Assembly (NCBI GenBank): GCA_951406725.2
Contig: OX597819.1
Coordinates: 132,370,001 to 132,434,000 of the forward strand
DNA: 64,000 bases
Direction of reading: 5' to 3'
DNA from: Octopus vulgaris
Lineage: Eukaryota
Shown here: in pieces, positions 14,236-29,111 of the stretch
How the letters are laid out: the number at the start of each line of letters is the position of its first letter
Numbering within the stretch: position 1 is the first letter of the stretch
Translations under genes and position numbers: made by a program
The notes under the pieces: generated by a model
Told to the model about the DNA's origin: nothing
Databases searched by the model: none
What the model saw: the letters and a program-made list of their open reading frames with translations, nothing else

Positions 14236-14266
14236 TATGTATATATAGATATATGCACATGGATAT

Positions 14267-14312
<46 letters not shown>

Positions 14313-14711
14313 GTATATATATATATATATACATACATATGTATGCATATATGCATATATATGAATGCATATATGTATATTACACACACATAAATAGTTT
14401 AAATATAAGAATAAGAATTAAAGAAAGAAATTTATCAGTGGCCAGCATATGAAAAAATCCCTTTAAAAGTGAAATTATCGATGCAATTTTGAAAAGAAAA
14501 TTTATCCTTACATATTTGAAGTAAATTAATTCCCATTCCCTTCGGGGCAAGTTAACCACTTACGTGCTATTCCTGACCGGTTGCACGTGTGTCGAGGCTT
14601 GTTTCGGAATTTCTATTTGGATATATTTAGGCTGGTTATATGTATTCATGGTATTGTCTCTGCTTTTCCGTGGCTGTGTGTAAGTATCCCGTTTATATTC
14701 ACTTTCAGTGT

Positions 14712-14771
14712 TCCTCGCTGATGAACGAAAAACCCTTTTGGATTAATCCAGAAATCGGGCTGATTCGAGGA
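14712..14771 (+). ncRNA. Hammerhead-like motif with degenerate stem II
   Basis: tcctcg-CTGATGA...GAA-ATCGGGCTGAT-T-cgagga. 6-bp stem I and paired stem III. Confidence 0.5.
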
Positions 14772-14911
14772 TAACTATATTTTGACCAGTTTCTCTTGGC
14801 TTCCTTCGTCGTTTCCGTACGTGTATAATAATAATAGTGAAACTGTCTAATGTGGTTAGACGTTTTAGCCTCTATTTCAATATATTCGCAAAGAAATTTT
14901 TTCTCTTTTGC

Positions 14912-14947
<36 letters not shown>

Positions 14948-14953
<6 letters not shown>

Positions 14954-15690
14954 TTGCAGCGTGGAAGCTGTTTGTAAGCCATTTAAGAAACACACAAAAG
15001 CCGTTCGATTCACTTCAACATTTAAGTTTAATTTGTCAAAATATTTTCGTCGCTAAAATCCGCGACCTGTTCACTGACAAAAATCCGTGCTGCATCTCTT
15101 TTTAATTTGTTAAGGCCTTTCTTAATTTTGGTGTTAAGATCGTGGGTCTTATTTACAGGTCGTTCTTGTATATGCCTTTGGGTGTAATTGGAGAAGGCTG
15201 ATAGAAGCTTGGATTTAGTAAGGGTAAACTTCGCTTCCAAAGCAGCGTCAGTATAGGGTGGCATGCATACTCTTTTGTTGAAGGGTAAGTTGGTAGGGTA
15301 GACCCTTTTCATGTCGAATGACATGTCACGTTTATCGTAGAAACAACGTATGGAATGGTTATAGTCAGGCATGTATTGAGTGTCAGGATTTTGGTTGTGG
15401 TTGTGGTTAAAGTGTATTCTCCATCTAAGTTTGGTGAAGCATTTTTCAATGTCATATAGTATTGATATCTTACTAACCTTATTACACGTGGCGAACTTTG
15501 GAGGAAGTTTTGTCAGTGAACAGGTCGCGGATTTTAGCGACGAAAATATTTTGACAAATTAAACTTAAATGTTGAAGCGAATCGAACGGCTTTTGTGTGT
15601 TTCTTAAATGGCTTACAAACACCTTCCACGCTGCAATTGTTTTCGTTCCAGCACACGATCTCAGATCAAATCACTTGCTATGCGACTACA
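14948..15690 (-). mobile_element. Penelope-like element remnant with inverted pseudo-LTRs
   Basis: ~135-bp inverted repeats at 14948-15082 and 15508-15642. They enclose an open minus-strand frame LPPKF...DIEKCFTKLRW...KGLNKLKRD resembling the PLE ORF N-terminus. Flanked by (TA)n. Confidence 0.65.
15509..15558 (+). ncRNA. Hammerhead ribozyme variant with G3-C8 core; mirror copy at 15032-15081 on minus strand
   Basis: tttgtca-GTGAACA-g-gtcgc(ggatttta)gcgac-GAA-AATATT-T-tgacaaa. Confidence 0.65.
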
Positions 15691-15705
15691 TCTCGCTATA
15701 TACAT

Positions 15706-15777
<72 letters not shown>

Positions 15778-15955
15778 ATAATTTACAAAAGACGAAGACG
15801 GGTGTGTAGAAAACAAACAGATGTATTAGTTTAATGGAAGTTAGAAAGTCTCGGGAAGTTAGAAAGTCTTTTACGTTTTCTTCGACAGAAAGGAACACAG
15901 AAATAAACAGGAAGAGAAACTAGAAAAGGTTTAATGGCTAGCGATCTATCATGGC

Positions 15956-16029
<74 letters not shown>

Positions 16030-16106
16030 ATAAATATTAGGGAATAAATCCAAATTTACAGGGAAAAATCAGATTTAGGATTGAATCCAATTTTATAGTA
16101 AAATAT

Positions 16107-16461
16107 TATATAATATTAATTAGAGACAAAACCACTATTTTGCAAATCAAACAAAGAAAGACTTAATCCAATACATAAAAAAATTTAATATAAATTAAAT
16201 AAAATTAAATTCGCCACTACAATTGTTTCGTGTCTCTTCTAAGGACATTCATCAGGTGGATTTCAGATCTTCTATTCAATTTTAAGTTATGAAGTGAATA
16301 AATTGAATAGAAGATCTGAAATCCACCTGATGAATGTCCTTAGAAGAGAACGAAACAATTGTAGTGGCGAAATTAATTTTATTTAATTTATATTAAATTT
16401 TTTTATGTATTGGATTAAGTCTTTCTTTGTTTGATTTGCAAAATAGTGGTTTTGTCTCTAA

Positions 16462-16474
<13 letters not shown>
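16107..16474. repeat. Near-perfect palindrome (~175-bp arms, 17-nt spacer) carrying two hammerhead motifs
   Basis: Arms 16107-16282 and 16300-16474 are reverse complements. Hammerheads at 16214-16259 (-) and 16323-16367 (+): ccac-CTGATGA...GAA-ACAATTGT-A-gtgg. Confidence 0.85.
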
Positions 16475-16514
<40 letters not shown>

Positions 16515-17031
16515 CATACACACTATCGGATGCGCATACACAGTGTATATAACTTGTGCCAATATGGAACTTGCTGCGGGGTAGCGTCCTGGGAAAGCTC
16601 CTTACACAGCGCCGAATGTTAAAGCATACCTGATTGTCTCCTTCTATTATGCTATTGAGGGATCTTGTTACTCGATAGTTTTGATCGAAATAAACGGTTC
16701 GATGTTCCTTACAAATAATCTCTCCATCGATTCACACACACTCACATACATACACACATACACACACATGCATACACACATACACACACACTGTACAGTA
16801 TTGCGTTATTATCATTTCAGACTTTATACGTGTTTTGATACTAAACGTTTCTTTTCTTCTGCGCTTTCCATGTCATCATGTCTCATACGCCCCTCATTGA
16901 GATTATCGTCAGGAGTCAGCATACTTTTGACATATAAATTTTGTGCTTTCATTTATTCTGCCTGTTCATCTGCAAATATGAATTCTCTTTATCATGTTAA
17001 AGCAACTACCTCCTGAGATCGAGTTGTATGT

Positions 17032-17106
<75 letters not shown>

Positions 17107-17323
17107 ACACACAGACACACACACAGACACACACATACACAGACACACACACACACACACACAGATACATAGACACAGCCACACACACATACACAGACAC
17201 ACACACACACATATACATAGACACATACACACACACACACAGATACATAGACACACACACACACACACATACATAGACACAGACACACACACATACGCAT
17301 ACACACACGCATACACACACATA

Positions 17324-17358
<35 letters not shown>

Positions 17359-17752
17359 GCAACTTGTCTGGTTTTGCCATCCAATTTTACATTCTCTGCA
17401 TATCCTGTAAATCATTACGTTGAAATTACGTGTCAACACAAAATAAACGATATTATTTATTCTGTTGTTGGCACCGAGTTCGCTCCTAAACTAACTCAAC
17501 GTGAATCCGTCGATAGATTTCTTTTGCATCCGGATTCCCTTTGATACTTACACACATTACTTCTATGTTACTTGGGATTTAAGTTAATAAGTTGCATATT
17601 TTTAGCCAAGGATTTGCAATTCTTTAAATATCTTATTCGTTTTATAAAAATAAAAACTGTTTCTTTTCATACGAAACCTTTTGGTAGATCTCTGCTTTTG
17701 ATTTTGCTTATTGGATACAGTATTTTGTTAAGCGTTAAGTATATCATTAAGT

Positions 17753-18076
17753 GTGAAGGCGCGTGGCTCAGTGGTTAGGGCATTCGGCTCACGATTTTTA
17801 GGTCGTGTTTTCAATTCCCGGCGACGCGTTGTGTCCTTGAGTAAGACACTTTATTTCGCGTTGCTCCACTCCACTCAGCTGGCAAAAATGAGTTGTACCT
17901 GTATTTCAAAGGGCTGGCCTTGTCAAACTTTGTGTCATGCTGTATCTCCCCATGAACTATGTTAAGGATACACGTGTCTGTGGAGTGCTCAACCACTTTC
18001 ACGTTAATTTCACGGGCAATCTGTTTCGTTGATCGTATCAGCTGGAACCCTCGTCGTCGTAACCGACGGAGTGCCC
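17753..18076 (+). mobile_element. tRNA/CORE SINE; partial relative at 51062-51250 on minus strand
   Basis: A box TGGCTCAGTGG, CORE-like GTTGTGTCCTTGAGTAAGACAC, 3' end CCCTCGTCGTCGTAACCGACGGAGTGCC shared with 51062-51095. Confidence 0.75.
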
Positions 18077-18816
18077 CTATATCATTAAGTATCCTAAATT
18101 TTCTATTTCACATCTTCGTCTTGTAGGCAGGGTGAAGTGTTTAAGAAGTTCGCTTCATTACTGAGAGGTCATGGGTTCGATTTTTTTGCGTGGCATCTTG
18201 ACAAATCTCATCTTCCAGGTTTGTTTTCCCTGTGTTTTAAACGATAGTGTCACACGATTTAATGACATAAAACTATTTATATTCTTCACACTAGTTATTT
18301 ATTCGCCATTCCGCATAGTTAATATTTAATTAAGACTCAATTTTGTAGTTTCTCCGTCTTGAATAGCTATGAATTTTTCATCGCAATATTTAAATTTAAA
18401 TTTTACTATTGTCATTTCTTGGTGGTTATTTATTCGCTGATAATGGAGTCTTTCACATTTGTTTTTCGTGGTTGATGTTTGTTACATAACTCGAAGTTTT
18501 CTGTCTCTCTCACACACACACATACACACACACACTCATATTCTGAAAACAGGAGTTATTTCATACTTCATGTTCGCAGAGTGCGGTATTCGGGCGAGTT
18601 TGTACAACGCACCGTGTTCATTTTATAAACGTGAACCATTGTGCCAGATCGTGCACGGTACACGATACAAGCCCGTTCGAGCACTGCACTTTCTGAGCAT
18701 GAAACTTGAAGTAGTTCACGTAACTCTTGTATTCATTAAATGTAATATCTCTGTCGATGAATTGAGGGCTTGGTTTTTGCTGATCCTATCAACAAGACGA
18801 GAGAATAGTACACTAT

Positions 18817-18849
<33 letters not shown>

Positions 18850-18945
18850 TATTTTTTTCTAGTTTCAGCTCAGAGCTGCGGCCATGCTGATGCACCGGAA
18901 CCATGTGGTTCGTAAGCAAGCTACTTACCACACAGCCACTCCTAC

Positions 18946-19007
<62 letters not shown>

Positions 19008-19008
19008 C

Positions 19009-19039
<31 letters not shown>

Positions 19040-19042
<3 letters not shown>

Positions 19043-19441
19043 CTTTTACTCTTTACTCTTTTATTTGTTTCAGTCATTTGACTGTGGCCATGCTGGAGCA
19101 CCGCCTTTAGTCGAGCAAATCGACCCCAGGACTTATTCTTTGTAAGCCTAGTACTTATTCTATCGGTCTCTTTTACCGATCCGTTAAGTTACGGGGACGT
19201 AAATACACCAGCATCGGTTGTCAAGCGATGTTGGGGGGACAAACACAGACACACAAACATATATTTATACATATATACGACTGGCTCCTTTCAGTTTCCG
19301 TTTACCAAATCCACTCACAAGGCATTGGTCGACTCGAGGCTATAGTAGAAGACACTTGCCCAAGGTGCCATGCAGTGGGACTGAAACCGAAACCATGTGG
19401 TTCGTAAGCAAGCTACTTACCACACAGCCATTCCTACGCCT
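19040..19441 (-). mobile_element. CORE-type SINE copy; deleted piece at 18858-18950
   Basis: Reverse complement of the 7509-7930 family. Confidence 0.85.
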
Positions 19442-19777
19442 ATATATAGCGTTGTCGCTTATACTTTGTTGGTTTTCCTGTTCGATCCTGATAGAGGAGC
19501 ATTATGGTAAAGACGTTACTAGCAAGATCACGTTTTAACTTTTTCTTTTTTTTTCTTCTCCAGGCACAAGGTCCGAAATTTTTGGGGAGGAGGTCAGTCG
19601 ATTAGATCGACCCTAGAATACAACTGGTATTTAAATTATCGACCCCGGAAGGATGAAAGGCAAAGTCGACCTCGGCAGAATTTGAAGTCAGAAAGTAAAG
19701 ACAGACGAAATAACATTTTAACTTTTTTAAGACTACATTTATTTTAAATTGTCCTCTTTTAAGGTGGCAGGCTGTGC

Positions 19778-19853
<76 letters not shown>

Positions 19854-20449
19854 GGGGAGGGAGAGGGAGAGGGAGAGAGTCCATTGTTATTTGTACGAGG
19901 TCGAGCAGGCGTGGCTGCGTGGTAAGCGGTTTGCTTCTCAGCCACACGATTCTATGTTCAGTCCCAAAGCCTTGTGAGTGGATTTGGTAGACGGAAACCG
20001 AAAGAAGCCCGTCGTATACACACACACACACACACACATGTAGAGCAATCAAATAAAGGCACCCACGTTGGGCTTTTACAACAAGTTCTTGCTGGTAGTG
20101 ACGACGGTGAAGATAGTGGTGATGGGGGCGGTGGTGATGATGTTGGTGATGGTGGTGGTGATGATGACATTGATTTTGGTGATGATGTTGTTGCTGGTGA
20201 TGATGGTGATATTTATTGTAGAAAATTCGGTGATCTGATATTTGTATAATTCTGCACGTTCACTTTTAGTCGTACGTCACGTGGGTTTTTTTTGTTAGTC
20301 TCGCATCACGTGATCGATGATATATTCGCTCTCATAATTTTCTTATATCACGTTCTCATTCTTGTCATCTGCATTTGATTTCAAATCCAGTAAGAGTTGA
20401 ATGTATGTATATTTTTTTTAAATCTCCGTGGGTTTCGTGTAAATATAAC

Positions 20450-20515
<66 letters not shown>

Positions 20516-20785
20516 TCAATTTATTCAACAAAACACCTCACCTACAAATCGAAAAACTGATCTAAGAAATTATCTTTATTCTTTAGGATGGCTTTTTCAG
20601 CTCTTTATTCTTCCACTACACTATAGGTGTCGCTCGATGCCAAGGATTTGGCGATGGAAAAAAATCAGGAATGCAAAGTTTCTTGAAATCAGTTTTGACA
20701 TTTTAACACAGCGACTAGTTTCTTTTGCATATTCACAGATGAAGACATTTTTTTTATCATATTCACATTTCCAAGCAATGTAAGC

Positions 20786-20860
<75 letters not shown>

Positions 20861-20868
20861 AATGATGA

Positions 20869-20912
<44 letters not shown>

Positions 20913-20929
20913 ATAATAATAATAGATAA

Positions 20930-21640
20930 AATTGTGCCACTTGAAAACAGACGTTGACTGGCTGTGTCTACCAGAATCTTCAGGTGGGTTTGAACTTGTC
21001 CAGCTTGAATGCGTCGCTATCAAGCAGAAAAAAATCCATTCTTCCAAATCGTGAAACATCGGATACACGCCACCAACGAAAAAGCAGGATATCTGTAAAA
21101 AAAAATCTCAGAAGCCCATCCAGTAGAAAAAGAGGTGGACAAGTATTTAGTCGAGTGGGAAGAGAGCAGAATAATGCATGGAAAGCAGAAGCAGGACGCA
21201 GATGTGGACCAAGTGAAACCGGTGGTTCAAGAGCACTGGACAGAAGATCTGATGATTGTGGCACAAGATCAGAGTCTTGCATCCAGATCCTATCGCCATG
21301 GCATCATAAAGAATGGAACAGATCCACAATGCAGGATCGGTGGAAAATATGAAGAAACCATCGATCAAAGTATTTCTGGCAAATATGAGACACGAGTTCC
21401 TTGGTGAACACGGATTACTGTTTTGGTACTGATATTAAAATGAAGTTTGGACTCAAAAAGTGCGGAATAATCTACTTAAAAAGAGGCAAAGAACAGTTCC
21501 AAGCAGGGATAGAATTACCGAATAGAGACCTGATGAAACAAATTGAAACGGAAAACCTTGACACACTAGAATTCAACGAAAAGGAAATGAAAGAGCAACT
21601 GAGGATGGAGTATTTCCGAAGACTGAGGTTGGTGTTGCTT
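20930..21640 (+). pseudogene. R4/Dong-type RLE LINE fragments, rearranged
   Basis: Peptides MHGKQ...VAQDQSLASRSY...CRI...EETIDQ followed by FGTDIKMKFGLKKC...EYFRRLRLVL, in non-native order. Follows (ATT)(GAT)(TAC) repeats. Confidence 0.75.
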
Positions 21641-23079
21641 GGATTTTATTCCATCCAGTCAATTTTGAGCGCAACACCAGCCTCAGTCAAACCCACTATT
21701 TTCTGGTTTTTGCGTAGGCGGATGCATCACTTCGGTATCACTTGTTCTGCATACCTCTTCTTAGGGCTGACTTTTCTTTCGAGTCTTCTTTCTCTTTCTA
21801 TTCTTTGAACTGTCTCCAACTGTTTGACGACTCTGTTCGTCTTCCTTGCCACAATACGTTGTGTTGGTATTATCGTTTCTAACTGAGATAGGCAGCCTTA
21901 TTCTGTCCTGAGATCGATGCCAGTTTTCGACCATCCTCGGAGCCGCAACCTCTCATACAACTAACGGTGCTGTTTGAACAGTTGTCCCCAGCATTTAATG
22001 TTGTTGCTGCTATCAGTTATGTTATTGTGTCTTCCTTTGCTTTTCTGGTTCCTCAGCAAATAAATTCCTCAATTAATTCCTACAGCAATCTGGCTTTTCT
22101 ATTCTTTACAAAGTTTCATAGCTTTCTTTCTGCACCCACCATGACACAGAGCTTTGAAATTGCTCTGTAGTCTTCGGGGGTGGGCACTTGTACATCTATA
22201 TAAACCCCACCCAATGAAATGCCATTCTTTTTGGTTACCTCGGTGCTTGGCACTTGCACGATGCAAAGTTAACGTTGGACCAAAATTCAACCTCGTCACA
22301 GATTTCTTTATCGAACCTTTGTGTTGCACCCCCCCCCGGGGTATTATGGAGCGAGTTTCAGAGTAAGTATGTGTCGCACTAACTACTTCTCTTTCGTTCT
22401 TCTGTTGTTTCGAATCTTTCGCATATGGTTCCATTCTTTCTTCCTTAATCGACAGAAGACACGTTATTCCAGGTCGCGACTAAGGTTGTCTGCAGATATT
22501 TTTTCGAAGATGTGAGAAAACCCCAGTAAATCGCTTCATTTTCTGTCTTTCTCGTTCTTCGATAAAGGAGTGAGAAACTGATGTACTTTCATTTGTCACT
22601 AAACTCTGCCGCCAGGAAAACTTTGTGTCTCCGCAAGAGAATCTTGTCTGGGACCTGTCTAATTTATTTCCCAAAACGAGAAAATAGAAAATTCCATTTA
22701 TTCTTTCGCTTGGCGAAACATTTTTATGTTGATATTTCTATTATTTGAGTTTTTAAAATTGTTTGAAAAAAATATCGTTTTCTGCCTAAAAATTATTTTT
22801 ACTTCTATATGTGGAAGCCATGTATTCTATCGCGGAATGTGTTCGTTTTCTTTTTTCAGTGAAAGCTTCATTCTTCTCATTTTTGAAGAGGTGTTTTTAA
22901 ACGTTCGTCATTTCATTTGTTTACGAGTGAGATAATATTTTTTTTCTCTCAATTTTAAACTTTTCTTCTCAAGCAAAAAGAATTTAATGCAAAGAATTAC
23001 ATTCTTACATTTCCATTTGGAAAAGTTACATTACAAATGTTTTTCAGTTTCGTTTCGTTTGGTAATAATCCATGAGAGA

Positions 23080-23482
23080 ATCTGACATGTCTGATAGTCT
23101 CTGAGTACAATTGGAAGAACAACAATTAGCAGAAGAAGAAGAATGCGTCATCATAGATGTGGCGATATCTGCGGACACGAAAGTAGCGGTCAAAGAAGAG
23201 GAGAAAATAGGAAAGTACCCGGATTTGGTTAAGTAAATACGAAGATTGTGGAGGGTTCCACTAAAAGTAACCTCAGTTGTTGTAGGTACCCTGCATACGT
23301 CAGCAACAGCCTTACGAGTCCCCTTATTGAGGTGGGTGTAACTACAAGAGATGCTTTGATTCAGAAACCTGCTCTATTGGGAACAGCAAGGATTGTAAGA
23401 AAGTTCTTTGATATCAAAGGAAACTGGTTGTGACCCGGTTTCTAGGACACTGATTTCGAATGTAAAACATCCGCACGCACCA
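23080..23482 (+). pseudogene. 3' end of R4/Dong-type LINE (RLE domain)
   Basis: CVIIDVAISADTK...KEEEKIGKY...QKPALLGTARIVRK, followed by an (AAT)n tail. Confidence 0.7.
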
Positions 23483-23515
23483 TGAATAATAATAATGATG
23501 ATGATGATGATGTTG

Positions 23516-25247
<1,732 letters not shown>

Positions 25248-25274
25248 GTAATAATAATAATAATAATAATAGTA

Positions 25275-25339
<65 letters not shown>

Positions 25340-25349
25340 GAATGCGCAG

Positions 25350-26200
25350 TGAATGGAAGTGAATGGAATTGTTGGAAATGAGTGAAAAGAGATTCTGTGT
25401 CCAACTAAGAGCAATAGGAAAGAACGGATGGTTAAGAGAGTTGGAGGTGGAAGGATAACGGGTGAGGTGGGGGCGTGCGAGAAATGAAAGCGATATGGTG
25501 GAAGAAGTGATGGACAATTGTCCGCTGGAATATAATACCATGAATTGTGAAAGAAATGTGATCAGTGACTACTGAAATAATGGCGATCGATTTATAATAG
25601 ACAGAATTGTGGATCTATTAAATATAGAAGGGACAGAATTTGTGTGCGACTTTATGAAGGCGAACCAATGGAGACTAAATCAAGAGACGAATAAAGTCAA
25701 TAATGTATTGAGAGACATTGAAACAAAGAACACCAGACGAACGGATAATCTTATCAAGGCTGCTAATTGGATTGTGGCGGAAAGGATGGAATTGAGAACT
25801 ACTGAGAATAGAACAGCGACGGATAGAAGAGGGAATAAACAAGAGTGGTGGAAAAGGAGAATGTCTGAAGATATGAACTCCTTGAACAGTGTAGGGTGGA
25901 TTTATGTAGTCAGGAAAAGAAATGGAGAATTTAAGAATGAATGGAAATTCGAAAAAGTTGGGAAGAAGTATGGTGTTTGATACAAAAGGCCTGAATGTTG
26001 GAATTGAAGAACTGAAGCAGCGAATACAGGCAAAAAACCCAAAAAAACAAAGCTAAGTTTGAACAACGGATTAAGCAATACTAGGGAAACAAATTGTTTA
26101 GACCCGACCAAAAAAAAAAAGATTTTATCAAGAGATTAATGATGATAACAAGCGTGAAAGATTAGTCCCTGATGCTGATGAAGGTCGAGTTTTTCGGGGT
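25350..26200 (+). pseudogene. N-terminal ORF region of R4/Dong-type LINE; similar piece at 21690-22140 on minus strand
   Basis: TDNLIKAANWIV...QEWWKRRM...KKYGV, then a frameshifted NKLFRPDQK...FYQEI motif. Confidence 0.55.
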
Positions 26201-27665
26201 AAGATATGGAGTAAGTATGGTTATCTTTTGTAGTTCACCAAGGAGGTGCTTAATATACTTCTCAGCTCTCTTCTTTATCATTCCTAACGCTCCAATTACT
26301 ACTGCTATTATCGTAGTACTAAGCTTCCACATTTTTGTGATTTCAATTTGAGAAAGTTTTTCGTATTCCTTTCTTGAGATATTTTGATCTTGTGGGTCAG
26401 GTATATCTATTAACAGACAAGTTCCTCTGTCGTAGTCCTTGATCACAATGTCTGGTCGATTGGAGTCAGTGTTTCTGTCTGTTTGTATTGAGAAGTTCTA
26501 AAGGGTGGTGACGCCCTCGCCTTTTACTACATCCTCTGGATGGTGCCTGTACCACTTATCATGGGATTTAATTTTGTAGTATTTACAAGCATTCCAGTGG
26601 ATGAACTGCCCTAGTCTGTCATGTCATATGAGGTACTCCTTTTCAGTAAGGACTTGGCAGCTAGAAATAACATGATTGTCTCTGTGAATTTTCCGCAAAT
26701 TCTGCACAAGGGGCCAGATCCATCTTTAAAGACATTGGCATGGAATTTTCTGGTAGTTAATCTCTGGCTTCTGATCTTGTGCTGCAATAACAAGAACTTC
26801 TTTTTCTCCTTTACAGACCTGCCCCTTGTAGCCATTGGTGTGTTAGATTCTGATCAATATCTGGCTTGGACAGGCGGTGAGGGTATTTTCCAGGCAGGAG
26901 TTTACCTTTCCAGTTGCCTTCGATATTATTCACGCAAGCCTTCTTTGCTTTTTGTTTGAGGTATTTTGCATCAGTGATAGGTTTGTCACTATTTGGATCT
27001 CGTTGGTATTTCTGATTGTTAATTTCTAAATCAGGAGAAGCAGTGGTTGGTCTCTCAGTATTTGGATGTTTTTGGTCATTTTTATTGTTAACCTGTAGGC
27101 CAAGAGACTTTTTTAAATTTCTGACTAAGCTTCATGGCTGAAGCTTGCTTGGAATCTTCATGCTTCAGTGTATTTCGTAAGAGCAAACCACTTGTATCAA
27201 GGCATGTTTCGAGGCCTATTATTGCTGATTTGAAAGAGAGTTTGAGCTGTATCGGGCCTCTTCCACCTATTTTTCTTGAGAGATAAATCCTGTCTACATA
27301 TGATTTTGGATGGTGCTTTCGATACATTGTAAAGATTTTACCGATCTTTCCATCCATAATCTGCATGTCAGTGAGACTCCACTTAATGATACCGAAGCCA
27401 AAGGTGGTTACTGGTATGGCCAGAGAATTGATCGCATTAATTCTGATAGCAGCATTTAATTCTGAATTTAGGACCGTCCTTATCTTTCGGTAGCATTCCT
27501 TGGAGATTTTCTCTTTCATTTTAGAGTGCTGGATACCGTCACCTTCATTGGTTCCCAGATATTTGTATACTTCGGATTGGTCTAGGTTTCGAATAGCTGT
27601 GGTAGCATCAAGTTCTATGTTTTCTGCCTTTATGAACTTCCCTGCATTGAAAGTAGCCTTTCCTG
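26195..27665 (-). pseudogene. R4/Dong-type LINE fragment, decayed
   Basis: MKEKISKECYRKIR..HHPKSYVDRIY..GGRG, CRICGKFTET, DRGTCLLIDIP..KEYEK..VVIGALG. Its 5' break abuts (TTC)n. Confidence 0.85.
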
Positions 27666-27819
27666 ATTCTTCCTCTTCCTCTTCCTCTTCTTCTTCTTCT
27701 TCTTCTTCTTCTTCTTCTTCTTCTTCTTCTTCTTCTTCTTCTTCTTCTTCTTCTTCTTCTTCTTCTTCTTCCTCCTCCTCTCCTCCTCCTCTCCTCCTCC
27801 TCCCCCTCCTCCTAATCTT

Positions 27820-29074
27820 CTTTCAGTTTTGTTTCCATTTCTTTCCGAGTGTCTGCCCAACACCTAGGGCAAAGAAACGCACTGTATATATTGGTAGGCC
27901 ATTAAAATAAACACACCAGATTGTTCAATTACAAAGTCATACGATAGAGAAAAAGAGGAAGAAAGACAGAGAGGAAAAGGAAAAAAGAAAAAAGGAAAAG
28001 AAGAAAACAAAGGAAATAAGGGGTAGGGAAGAAAGAAAAAATTCACAGCGACAGCACTGCCCTCTTCTCAATAGGTGAGACGTAACAGTTGAGACAATCT
28101 TTTGCGCTTCCTGCCTGGAGGGTAAGCCCAGGATCATCCTCAAATCATTTTCGGTAACGGTAACCACAAAAACAAAATGTTTGCTGATGTAGCGAACACA
28201 AAGAGAGAAATGTTTGCCACTGCACTCGATGAGAAAACATGTGAACTCTCAAAAGCGAAAGACATTACTAAATTTGAGTGGTTTAAGGCAGAAGTACTCG
28301 TACCTCCCGAAATAATAGAGGCAAAAGAAAAATGGACAGTCTATTTTAAATGCGTATCAGTGGCGTTCAGGAGGCTCTAAAAGAAATTTTGATAGATGTG
28401 GCCCATATACAGAAAGGGAGGCAGTTTTCCAACAATGAGGTCCTCTTTAAAAGTAAGGACCTCGCGAGAAGATACGCAGTGTCACCCCGGTGGATTGATG
28501 CGTGGATCCTGTATCTCACCTACCTCTCTAAGAGAATGACCAGAATTAGGGTAGACGCCTGGTGGATTGTCGTCTGTGAGGTGCAAGACCCAGAGTCACA
28601 CCTGGAGGTAAAAAGGAGCAGCATGGAGATCTGGTTTGAGATAAATTTGGAAATATTAATCCATGTAAAACCAGAAATATCGAGAAGATCTCAGACCTGA
28701 TCCAACTGCCCAACGGGTCGGAACTGCGTGTCGTTGTGGAAGGTAGGAAATCCAGGTGCGACATCTGTGGGGCTACAAGTCACCTGAAAGCCTTCTGCCC
28801 CCAAAAGTTGGGAAGTACGTGGCTATATCTGCAACCTATATCGCATCCCCAACAACAGCAACGGTCCACTTGCTGTCAACAGCCGCTGAGTGGAGGACTG
28901 GGCATGTCGTAGTTAATGCACTGAGGCTGCGACATCTCCAGCGTTTCCTTAACGGTGAGCAACTGTGTCTCATTCTAGTCTCATTCATGGAGCTACAGTC
29001 CTGGGTCAAGCGTAGACCAAGAAATGGCACTTGACACTCGGAGTATCGGCAAGTAAAACTGTAGCCTCATCTCC

Positions 29075-29111
<37 letters not shown>

